This document shows positions 1 to 8,700 of a stretch of 14,602 nt of DNA, piece after piece. The DNA is from Infirmifilum sp. (GTDB lineage: Archaea > Thermoproteota > Thermoprotei > Thermofilales > Thermofilaceae): NCBI GenBank assembly GCA_041287245.1, contig JBEULP010000107.1, forward strand, positions 1 through 14,602, written 5' to 3'. The notes below the pieces were generated by a model, which saw nothing but the letters and a program-made list of their open reading frames with translations, searched no databases and had not been told where the DNA came from. Each line of letters begins with the position of its first letter. Position 1 is the first letter of the stretch. The position numbers were made by a program, and so were the translations under genes.

Positions 1-2
1 GG

Positions 3-176
3 AGCAGGAAGGTGAGGTGGAGACCCCCCTGGATAGACGAAATTAGCTTGAAGCCCTTCTCCTTGAACATAGTGGTTGGTCCCAGGCTAGTTGGAAAGAC
101 AACCGGCCTCCACCTCTTGATGGAGGAAGAGCTCTTTAGAAGGGATCCCCTCTCAATTCTATACCTATATATTTAA
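3..176 (+). pseudogene. Truncated P-loop ATPase fragment (archaeal AAA_14/DUF4143-like); 5' end outside the window
   Basis: Not in the ORF track. Frame +3 reads SRKVRWRPPWIDEISLKPFSLNIVVGPRLVGKTTGLHLLMEEELFRRDPLSILYLYI*, with a Walker A motif GPRLVGKTT after a hydrophobic strand. TAA at 174-176 comes before any Walker B. Confidence 0.75.
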
Positions 177-598
177 CGCCTAATTGTCTAGCTATACCGA
201 GGGCCTCATTGAGTATTCTTGTCCCTATTCTATTCCTCCAAAAGCTGTTTATAACGTGAATGCCGTAGTCAATATTAAAGTTATTTTTATTCAGGTAAGC
301 AATTCCCACGGGTAGATCGTTTAGGGATGCCAGTATCACTATGTGGTTGCCGCTTCTAGGGGGCATAAAACCCCCAGCTCAGCCTATGTATCCGCTTAAA
401 AACCTCCTTATGATTATTATTCCAGCTAGGTAGCACGGTGACCTCGACCTTGTCATTCGGTTTCAGAGTTCTTGAATCGGTATCCCAGAAGTAAAGCACT
501 GACTTAGCATCTATGCCCACAGAGGGATCAGGCGTAGAAGCCTCAGGGACCATCGCATGTTTAACTACGTTTGAGTACATAGCCATGGTTTCTCTCAT
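136..598 (-). pseudogene. GNAT-family N-acetyltransferase, frameshifted (joins ORFs 356..607 and 136..366) and probably 3'-truncated
   Basis: The downstream frame has GNAT strands and a motif A variant (VILASLNDLPVGIAYL...GIHVINSFWRNRIGTRILNEALGIARQLGVKYI). Removing one base from the homopolymer cluster at 359-375 (G5/A4/C5 on +) fuses it to the upstream frame. Start is ATG 598 or 586, with TTTAAATA on the minus strand at ~616-623. Confidence 0.65.
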
Positions 599-813
599 AA
601 CCCGCAAGAACTGTATTTAAATCTAAAGCTATAACCTACGAGGCGCAAACCATAAACACCCCCAAACTAACCGGAAAATTATAAGCTCCCCACCAACAGC
701 AAACACCCTTCCAGCTCAACCCCCCGACGCAACTAGAACTGCCTCCCAAGCTAGGCGTCTATGCTTCCTAAGTATGAGGTTTATACACCCTCGGAAGGCG
801 CAAGCTAGCTAGG

Positions 814-821
814 TTTTTAAG
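814..821 (+). promoter_or_regulatory. TATA box of cas6 (leaderless transcript)
   Basis: TTTTTAAG ends about 21 nt before the GTG start at 843, and there is no Shine-Dalgarno sequence. Confidence 0.55.
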
Positions 822-842
822 CGTTCAAACGGTAAAAAACAC

Positions 843-1658
843 GTGCAGCTCATCACACTCGTAGAGCTTGAGCTCGAAGCTTTTAAAGGAGGCTCCCTAC
901 CCGCCTTCCCAGGCGCCGAGAGCAGAGCAGCGTTCCTAGCCCTCCTAAACGCAGCCGACCCACAGGTGGCCTCAGACCTCCACGCGGGAAGAGAGGGAAG
1001 AAGCGTCTACGCCATAAAACCCCTCCGCTTCAAGACAGGCTACACACACATCAAGACCTCGAAAACCGGCCTAGGAAGCATCCTCTACACACCAGGCGCA
1101 AGGGCCGAGCTCAAAGTAGCCATCATGGACGACGAGCTTTCAAGGAAGGCAGTCCTCGCAGTAGCCTCCAAGCCATCCCAACTGACAGTCGGCGAAACAC
1201 CATTCGCCCTCACCGCCATCTCCGTAAGCGTCATAGACCCGAAGCAGATCCTAGACTCCGGCTCCGAGAACACCAGCGAGGCAGACCTCCACTTCCAAAC
1301 CCCCACCTACTTCAACCCCATCAACGGCGACCAAAAATACAAGATCCTCTACCCAGAGCCCACCCACCTACTCGCAAGCCTAATAGCCACCGCCCACAGC
1401 CTAACAGGGAGAAGCTACGAGAAACCCCAAACCCTTGCAGACAAAGTCTTCATAAGCGGCCTCAGCATAAGAACACCCCCCATCCAAGCACAAAACCCCG
1501 CCCCCAACGGCTTCACAGGCTGGGCCAAGCTCAGGTTCAAGCCCGAGGCACAGCCCTCCGACAAGAAAACAATCACAGGCCTCCTCAAACTAGGCGAACT
1601 GACAAACATAGGAGGAAACAGAAGCGCCGGCTACGGCGTCCTACAAGTCAAGATCTAG
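843..1658 (+). CDS. cas6: CRISPR pre-crRNA processing endoribonuclease Cas6
   Basis: 271 aa. It has the C-terminal Cas6 G-rich loop (LGELTNIGGNRSAGYG), the LHFQTPT strand, the GFTGW strand, and the N-terminal 'A..LH...YAIKPL' pattern. Confidence 0.93.
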   Translation: MQLITLVELELEAFKGGSLPAFPGAESRAAFLALLNAADPQVASDLHAGREGRSVYAIKPLRFKTGYTHIKTSKTGLGSILYTPGARAELKVAIMDDELSRKAVLAVASKPSQLTVGETPFALTAISVSVIDPKQILDSGSENTSEADLHFQTPTYFNPINGDQKYKILYPEPTHLLASLIATAHSLTGRSYEKPQTLADKVFISGLSIRTPPIQAQNPAPNGFTGWAKLRFKPEAQPSDKKTITGLLKLGELTNIGGNRSAGYGVLQVKI

Positions 1659-1731
1659 CGCGGCACTTTGAACCCCCGGAGCATAGCATGTAGCCTCCAC
1701 CCTATAAGGTTTCTCAACCCCCTTGTAAAAC

Positions 1732-1847
1732 CTTGGTATTATGAAACAAAACATCATTATTATCGAACAAACCCGTGTTATGTTGCATGCACATTATTGT
1801 TATACTAAAAAATAACATTATTATATTATAGTAAAACAACGTTTTAC
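1732..1847. repeat. AT-rich degenerate tandem repeat (five units of 20-24 nt) ending in a 7-bp inverted repeat
   Basis: Units: 1732-1752 cttggtattatgaaacaaaac; 1753-1772 atcattattatcgaacaaac; 1773-1792 ccgtgttatgttgcatgcac; 1793-1816 attattgttatactaaaaaataac; 1817-1840 attattatattatagtaaaacaac. GTAAAAC-aac-GTTTTAC at 1831-1847 overlaps the csx1 stop. Hand count gives 24 G+C per 100 nt over 1741-1840. Confidence 0.4.
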
Positions 1848-3511
1848 TTCTCAACCGGCAAAGGCGCATCCTCCGGGATATAAATCTCAACCTCCTTATA
1901 CGTAAGACCCAGGTGTGCACGGAAATTCCTCTCAGAAATATGAGATTTTAAGTTAAAGTTATCCTTATATCTCACAAGTATCTTCTTCTCAAGCAACTCT
2001 CTCATCTTAATCTCACCATCAGCATTCTTGTCAAGAAAGTTTTTAGCCTCTTCTTTTTCCGATTCGCTCTTTTTATTTGCTAAACTTTTCAAATCGTCAA
2101 GGGTGAACCAATTTCCGCGCCGACGCGCCAAAACTACGGTAGTTAGGATATCATGAACCTCATTGTCTATGAACACCCTCACGTGCGGGAGGCGGCTCAC
2201 AATAACATTATTGTAAAACTTTCTCAAAGAAGACAGGCTATACCCCTTCTTACCTTCCCGCTCTTCGGCGTGCCGACTATAGGCGAGCGTTATCATAGAC
2301 AACCCCTCGCTGAGAGCATAACACTCCAGAACAAATGGGAGAAATTCAAGAATACCTTTGTTGACGACCTGCCCGGTTTCCAACGTTAAACCATCCCCAC
2401 TCTCCGTAACCTCGACTGTCCGTAAGGCTGCGTAGAGAGCTTCTATGAAATATGGGAGAAGGTTCTTTAAAATCCTGATTTCTCCAACCTTAAGCTTTAA
2501 CGGGAGGTAGTCTAAGGCGACCAGCGGGAGAGCGTGAAACATGGCCTCGTGAAAAGCCTCAACTGCATAGAAATCTTCAAACTTAGGCTCTTTTAACTCA
2601 CTGCCGATCTTGTTTTTGATGTCGTCTATCAAAATCTTGTGTGGGTTTTTCAACACGTAGTTGTATAATCCCCTAAGGTTCTTGGGATTTATTTTAAGCT
2701 CATCAGAATCTATTTCGAGCTCGGGGTTAGGAGGCTGAACTGGAGACAGCGGAATCTCCATCTCCAAGACGGAAAGTTCGGATATAACCCGAAGGTATGG
2801 GGTGGAGTTGAAGACCTTCACCTTGACGGGCATCAAGTATCCCAGAATCCTCGCCGCGTCCAAAACAGCTACCAAAGCCGAGCTAGGCATGTAGTTCACT
2901 CCGTGGGAAAGGTCAAGCCAGATCTCCAGCTTCTCAGAATTCTCCGAATTTTCCGAGCTCTCAAGCTTCTCTGAACTCGGGGGGTTCATCTTCATTGCCT
3001 CTCTGAGGACGTGGAGGAGAACCATCCTCGAGTACAGCGTCAGAGTACCCTGAAACGTGACGCGCACCTGCCCACTCGCCTCATCCCCAGCGGGGAACTT
3101 TCCCATGCCAGGGAGGACAACTACCTTGACATTCTCTTCCATGTATCGAATGTAGTCCCCCTGCAGCCCATCACCGCATAGTTTAAACCCCCTCTCCTCG
3201 CACTTCCCTTTTTTCTTTTCATCGGAAATTTCCCCCGTCCCTATGAAGTACCTCCAGTACTCCTCCGCTCTCTCCTTAGCCAGCTCCTCCGCCCTCTGCC
3301 AGCTTCTAGGAACTTCTTTCGTCGTGCTCAGAGTATCGACGGCGACGATCAGCCCCCTAGTGTTTTCGAAACCCGCATCCTCGAAGGCCTTCAGCATGAC
3401 AGGCACGAGGGATGAGCAGGACTCCACGCACAGCTTACCGGTAAAATACTTGCCCCTGTACCACCCACCGGGGTCACCCCAGGGGGCGACGACTAGAATC
3501 TTCCGCGCCAC
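1844..3511 (-). CDS. csx1: CRISPR-associated CARF-HEPN ribonuclease Csx1 (DxTHG family), cOA-activated effector
   Basis: N-terminal ILVVAPWGDP..W motif, DLSHGVNYMP (DxTHG variant, 2900-2914), FNSTPY, and the HEPN R-X4-H motif RNFRAH (1913-1930). Start moved from the track's TTG 3547 to GTG 3511 (MARKILVV), which lies 20 nt downstream of a TATA box; 555 aa. Confidence 0.9.
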   Translation of the reverse strand: MARKILVVAPWGDPGGWYRGKYFTGKLCVESCSSLVPVMLKAFEDAGFENTRGLIVAVDTLSTTKEVPRSWQRAEELAKERAEEYWRYFIGTGEISDEKKKGKCEERGFKLCGDGLQGDYIRYMEENVKVVVLPGMGKFPAGDEASGQVRVTFQGTLTLYSRMVLLHVLREAMKMNPPSSEKLESSENSENSEKLEIWLDLSHGVNYMPSSALVAVLDAARILGYLMPVKVKVFNSTPYLRVISELSVLEMEIPLSPVQPPNPELEIDSDELKINPKNLRGLYNYVLKNPHKILIDDIKNKIGSELKEPKFEDFYAVEAFHEAMFHALPLVALDYLPLKLKVGEIRILKNLLPYFIEALYAALRTVEVTESGDGLTLETGQVVNKGILEFLPFVLECYALSEGLSMITLAYSRHAEEREGKKGYSLSSLRKFYNNVIVSRLPHVRVFIDNEVHDILTTVVLARRRGNWFTLDDLKSLANKKSESEKEEAKNFLDKNADGEIKMRELLEKKILVRYKDNFNLKSHISERNFRAHLGLTYKEVEIYIPEDAPLPVEK

Positions 3512-3531
3512 AATAATTACCCGCAGGACAG

Positions 3532-3554
3532 ATATAAATTGTTTCAATCGAAAG
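3532..3554 (-). promoter_or_regulatory. csx1 promoter: TATA box and purine-rich BRE overlapped by a TTTC-N4-GAAA palindrome
   Basis: The minus strand reads ctttcgattgaaac-aa-TTTATAT, followed by 20 nt to the GTG at 3511. Confidence 0.55.
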
Positions 3555-3803
3555 CACTAGGCTTAAGCCCCACACATCCCACATTCGCGTCCCGGGCTAG
3601 CTGCTCAAACGCCCAAACACCCCCGCGAAAGGTCTACCACCTACCTTCACGCCGGGGTGCGAGCGTAAACGCATCGCCGCCTATTCCCCACACGTTTCTT
3701 AGGGGCTTGGCTGGCAAAAGCCATGCGCTAGTATTTCCAGCGGCTCACCCAGGGAGAACCCACAGACACACCCCATAAGCGGCTGAAGCCTGGTTCACAA
3801 CTG

Positions 3804-3817
3804 GAAAACCTTAATAA
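3804..3817 (+). promoter_or_regulatory. BRE/TATA promoter of the ring-nuclease gene
   Basis: GAAAACC-TTAATAA lies 26 nt upstream of ATG 3844, with no Shine-Dalgarno sequence. Confidence 0.55.
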
Positions 3818-3843
3818 CATCTAAGCGGGTATTAACCCCGGTT

Positions 3844-4632
3844 ATGGGCAACACGCACATAGTAACTGTTGGGACAAGCATTCTGCGAAACGCGGCATCA
3901 AAGCTACCCCCGAACACCCCTCCCGAGGTCGCCGCCAGGATCAAACGCTGGAGCACAGCCCCCGCCGGCTCTCCCGAGGACGCCGAGGCTGGAAACGCGG
4001 CAGCCCCCGGGACACCCGAGTTCAAAGCAGTACTCAGCATAGTCCAAAACGACCCCCGCCAGGCCAGTGCAGAGCTAAACGCCATGGGGACCTACCTCGA
4101 ACAGGGCAGCGTAGACGAGGTGATACTCCTATCCACAGACTCGGGCGCAAGCGAGTTCTGCGCAAAAATACTAAAGGAATACCTCCTACAGACCTTCGGC
4201 ATCCGCAACGTGGAGACAAGAAGAATCCCTGACCTCGGCAGGGACTTCGAGAAAGGCCTCTACAACCTACTAGACACCCTCTCAACAATCACTAAGAGAA
4301 ACGCCTCCAAAAACAAGAAAACATACCTAAACCTCACAGGCGGCTTCAAGCCCGAGACAGCCGTAGCATACCTCGCGGCAAGCCTACTAGGGATAGATAG
4401 GGTATACTACGTCCACGAGACCATGAGAGAAGTGGTTGAGCTGCCAACCCTACCCATCACAATCAAGAAAGACTACGCTGCGGCGATGAGAGTCCTACTC
4501 GAACCCCACACCCACCCTGAAATCAAATCAAAGATACTGGAAGAGCTGGAGCGGCGCGGACTAGTCGAAAGACAAGGCTCGAACTACAAGATCAGGAGAT
4601 GGGTCCAGACGCTCCTACCCCTAACCGAGTAG
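3844..4632 (+). CDS. crn1: CARF + wHTH protein of the APE2256/Sso1393 family; probable cyclic oligoadenylate ring nuclease (Crn1-like)
   Basis: 262 aa with the family motifs HIVTVGTSIL, SAELNA, LLSTDS..S..CA.IL..YL, YLNLTGGFKPE and YYVHE..V.LP.LP, plus a C-terminal wHTH-like segment (LEELERRGLVE). The Ser of GTS and the Lys of GGFK match the residues implicated in Sso1393-type ring nucleases. Ring-nuclease activity itself is inferred. Confidence 0.8.
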   Translation: MGNTHIVTVGTSILRNAASKLPPNTPPEVAARIKRWSTAPAGSPEDAEAGNAAAPGTPEFKAVLSIVQNDPRQASAELNAMGTYLEQGSVDEVILLSTDSGASEFCAKILKEYLLQTFGIRNVETRRIPDLGRDFEKGLYNLLDTLSTITKRNASKNKKTYLNLTGGFKPETAVAYLAASLLGIDRVYYVHETMREVVELPTLPITIKKDYAAAMRVLLEPHTHPEIKSKILEELERRGLVERQGSNYKIRRWVQTLLPLTE

Positions 4633-4638
4633 TTTTTT
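4633..4638 (+). terminator. Oligo(T) archaeal terminator
   Basis: T6 directly follows the TAG of the CARF gene, in an AT-rich 39-nt gap between convergent genes. Confidence 0.45.
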
Positions 4639-4671
4639 CCAAAGATATTAATGGATAAAATAAGGTTGTAG

Positions 4672-5721
4672 TCAGCCGTCTTTACAGCCAGGCTGGCTTA
4701 CGGGGACAAAGCTCCCATACCCGATCCGCCCTAAGACCTCTGCCGTCCCGTCAAGCTCTTTCTCTTGGAACGCGGCGTAGGCTCCATAGGCGCGCGCGTC
4801 CCCAACCACCTTGTCAATCACCAGTATCGACCCTGCTGTAACCAACGGGTATAACGGTTTCCTACGCTTCTCTAAAACGCTAAACCCCAAGCCCTTGACC
4901 CCCAAACGCCCGTAACGTAGGACCAACCCCCCACTTGAACCAACCCCTTCAAGCACGATCCTATTCTTCAGCCCGCCCGACAGTACTAGAGGCGAGAGCA
5001 GCAGTGCAGGCCCCGACTGGAAGGAGCCCGCAAGCCAGGCTATAGAGTCTGCGTTTTGCCCGTTTCTAATCGCCTCTACCCTTACCAGCACTTTCCTCTG
5101 CTCGCCCCCGAGGACGGCGACCCTGTTGTTAAGCACTCCTAGGTCCACCCTAGCCCCGACCTCGACGACTATCTCCGCGTCCCCATAGCCCACCAGGCTA
5201 GCCCCGTACAGGTAGCCCTCCCGCACCACCTTGCCCCCACTGCGGCTCGTAAGGGCTGTTCCAACCCTCTGCACGACCAAGGGTTCTATTTGATCCACAT
5301 TCTCGTCTAGCTCCTTGAGGACATCTTCGAACAGCTGTATGTCCCCTTCTCCCTCGAGTAGTTTACTAAGCCTCGACAAAAGTCCACACGCCTCAAACAG
5401 CCTCGCCCTGCCCTCAATCAGGAACGGGTAGTAGGCTGACTCCCCCCTCATGAAGTAGGGTCCACGGATCCACTCGACGCCTGTGGAGCTCAGCAATTCC
5501 TTCATACGCTCGACATAGCCGCCCCAATCCGCCGCGCGCCCGACAGGGCCCTTCAGGAGTAGCGAGATCACAAGCCCCGCTATGGTGCTGGGACTGGGCA
5601 GCGACTCGCTCCTGGCTACGCTCGTGGTGCCCCGCACAAACGGGTCGAACTCGCCAGGCCCCCGGAGCAGCAGCGGCTCCAGCGGCTTAATCTTAACACG
5701 GAACACGTTCAAACCGCTCAC
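4672..5721 (-). CDS. cmr3: Type III-B CRISPR module Cas5-group subunit Cmr3
   Basis: 349 aa with IKPLEPLLLRGPGEF, LPSPSTIAG, IRGP, RVGTAL...VREGYLY, LGGEQR, P..AGS and C-terminal IGYGS. Its GTG overlaps the cas10 stop (GTGA). Confidence 0.92.
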   Translation of the reverse strand: MSGLNVFRVKIKPLEPLLLRGPGEFDPFVRGTTSVARSESLPSPSTIAGLVISLLLKGPVGRAADWGGYVERMKELLSSTGVEWIRGPYFMRGESAYYPFLIEGRARLFEACGLLSRLSKLLEGEGDIQLFEDVLKELDENVDQIEPLVVQRVGTALTSRSGGKVVREGYLYGASLVGYGDAEIVVEVGARVDLGVLNNRVAVLGGEQRKVLVRVEAIRNGQNADSIAWLAGSFQSGPALLLSPLVLSGGLKNRIVLEGVGSSGGLVLRYGRLGVKGLGFSVLEKRRKPLYPLVTAGSILVIDKVVGDARAYGAYAAFQEKELDGTAEVLGRIGYGSFVPVSQPGCKDG

Positions 5722-8700
5722 CCCATCCCACCCAACAGGAAGCGAGTAGCCTGAGCCAGCGAGGTAAAGAAGTGCAGCTCAACCTCATCCCTGTTCTCCT
5801 CGCCTCGTTCGACCTTAACGACGGAGGCGAGAGTCCTCTCAGAGAGATCTTTATTCTTAGAAGCCGCGTCCTCTTTAATATCCAAGGCTCCGCTTTCGAG
5901 GAGATCCCATCCCGAACCCACGCTCTTCTTACCTGTAGCCATGTTCCTCTCCAGGATCCTGTCTACAAGACTGTGGACCAGCTCCGGGTACTGCCTAGTA
6001 GCCTCGACCAGCATGTCATTAGCTCCGTCCACGTCGTATAAAAGGCTCGTTGAGTACAGCGCGTTTCCAGAGAAGCCTGAAACCCTGTCCAGAAGGTTCT
6101 TTAGAAGCTTTGCTGAATAGCCGACCCCTCCGAGGTACGCCTTGGTCCCACGCCTCCTGTCAAAAGCTGATATGTGAGAAACCCTATAGAATGACAGCTG
6201 TAGCCCGGTGAAGCTACCGGTTCTCCTAGGAAGGTAGTCCACGAGGAGCATGTCTTTAGCGAGCCTCTCAACAGCCCCACTGCTGTAATAGACCTGCGTT
6301 TCCATCTCGTTCTTGGCGAGCTTGAGCATGCTCCTAGCCCTGTGCATGACCAGGTTTAACGGGTAGAGATAGTGCACCACCCCCGCGTAATAGCTCCTCC
6401 CCACCCCCGGTAAGAGTGGAAGGCTAGCCTCCTTCACCTTGAGGAAGCCGTCCTCGCATCTGACACTCTTATCTTCAGATATCTCTAGAGGGGCTCCCGC
6501 GAACGCAGCCCGGCTCTCGTACACCAGCTCCGGTATAGAGTCCACAGGTAGAAGGGCCATGAGGTCGTCGCCCCCAGCGTACAAGACGAAGCCCCCATGC
6601 TTGGAAACCAAAATCACGTCGATCAACGCGGCGCGCATCAGTGCGCTGCTTATAGCCGTGTGATATGAGATCGTCAGCGGTATCTTCCCTGGCTCTCTCT
6701 TTGGCGGCTCCCCCTGCACTATCTTTGAAAGCTTCTCCTCGATGCTATTCAACAGCTCCATGCATTCCTCAGGGGTCGCGCATAGCTCGCCCGCGAGCTT
6801 CTGGCTCCACATTTCCTTAATTTTCTCGCGGTTTTCCTCAGCCACCAGGCCATTCAGCAGCCTTTCAAGCTCGCAAGAACCCCAGGAGGAGATTATGCTC
6901 TTAACCACCGACGGGAGTTTCTCGTCTTTTCCACACTCGCCCTTCATCCTGTTCAGGGCCTCCAGGTTACCTTCGAGGAGATCCCCCATGCTGTCGCCGT
7001 CAGCCAGGATCAAGCCGTAGTAGCGCCAAAGGTAGCCTGAAAGCTTGTATTTCGCGAGCGTTGCGAGCCATCCCCTCTGAGCCACCCCTTCTCCAAGCCA
7101 CATGGACTCTGGGTTGCCCTTTAAGACTATTTCGAGAACCAGTCCCGCCTCGCCCTCCTCGTGGCCCCCGCGACCTTCGCGCAACTTGCCCTGAATCTCC
7201 TTCACCAGTTCCCTCTCAGCCCACCAGGGCCTCTGCGCCGTTCTAACCTGGTTGAGCGCCTCCTTGCTCTCCAATAGTCCCCTTACCAGGCTCTTCAAGT
7301 CATCCAGCAACCCCTCTTCCCCAGCGAGCACCTTCCTAACGACTTTTTCCTTGAGCCTCAGAGACGCTATGTCCGACACGGAGGGGAAGCTGAAGGAGGA
7401 ACGAGAAAGAGGAAGAGCTCCTGTGGGGGAAGCCCCTGTCACGAGCAGCTTAAAGAGCTGCGGGTTGATGCTCAGAATCCTCTTCACGAAACACCAGGGG
7501 CACAGCCTCTCCCCCGGGGTAAAAACAACCTTGAGGGACTCTAATTCGGCGCTTTTTTCCTCCCTCCATTTGAGATACTCCTCCGGCGCTGAAGCCGTGC
7601 CAGCTCTTATCTTTTCCAGCTCCTCGGAGATTTTTTGGGGGTCCCACTTCTTCACTAGGAAGCCGTAGACGTAGAAGGCGTATTCATCCACAACTCCCCC
7701 GTCGCTCTCAGAGGGTAGGACTACGAGCGCGGGGAGCTTACCGCAGACGGTGCAGTAGTCAAAGCCGCGCTCCGACTGCTTCGGAGCCCCAAGAGGGGTC
7801 ACAAAGGCCCTCTCAGTGAGCCCCTGGAGATCCAGCCGAAACTCCGGGTCTATCTTTTTCCACTTACGCATGGAGAGCTTTTTCGAGAGCTCGGTGTAGT
7901 AATGGTCGTAAAGCTCATGTCTACTCAGACTGGCGTCATGCTTCACTTCGACAACCTCGACACGGAGTAGCAGGGGAGGGTTCTCCTCGAACCCAGAGCC
8001 ATTGAAATATCTGTCGTAATACTCGAAGACCCTCGTCAGGAACTCTCCGACAAGCCCAGAGGGCCTCCCGCTGGAGGCTTTGGCTAGCTCAAACAGTTCA
8101 GACCAACCTTTGCGGAACCTCTCCTCCAGGAACTCCTTAATGTCCTTTCCCAGCACCTTCCTCACGACATCCGCGGGGGGCAGGATGAGGGTTGCCCTCT
8201 CTGGAAAAACGGCGTACGGTGGAACCCCAAGCTCATCGCGCATCTCGCGGAGCTGCTCATGGTACAGGTACGTCACGTCTAAAAGCCTCTCTAGGGCTTT
8301 CTGCACCTCCTCGCCGAGGCCTTTCAGTTTGGACGAGACCCAATCCACGAAGAACGGGTTTAAACGGAGAGACGGTGTGATGACTACATCGGGGCCAAAG
8401 GCGTCCACCAGGGGGATAAGCGTATACCATAGGAGCGCTGAGACAAGGTAGCTGGAAGCCCAGGCGTCCCTTAACTTCCGGCTAGAAGCCACGAACTCTT
8501 GAACACCGGCGGCGTCGAGGCCCACGATCGTACCCTCTACCCCCGCTTCCGAGCCGCTCCCACCCGAGAGGTACACCCAGTTAAGGGCCGTAGCCGTGGC
8601 GTAGTTGTGGTCGAAGACAGTGTGGGTCGGCGTGCGGGTGTCAGCAGGTCCCACGGGTAGGCCCATGTCTATCCAGAGCGCCTCGTAGAGGCTGTAAAGC

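Noticed and set aside
1714..1920. 68-aa minus-strand ORF as a small membrane protein
   Set aside because: It overlaps the csx1 HEPN coding region out of frame, has no promoter or ribosome-binding site, and its hydrophobicity follows from the AT-rich repeat.
3541..3554. GTTTCAATCGAAAG as a solitary CRISPR repeat or mini-array
   Set aside because: Only 8 nt resemble a repeat end, there is no second copy, and it coincides with the BRE of the csx1 promoter. Kept only as a possible operator.
3539..3778. 79-aa plus-strand ORF in the csx1/ring-nuclease gap
   Set aside because: It starts inside the csx1 promoter, is Pro/Arg/His-rich with no recognisable motif, and has no translation signal.
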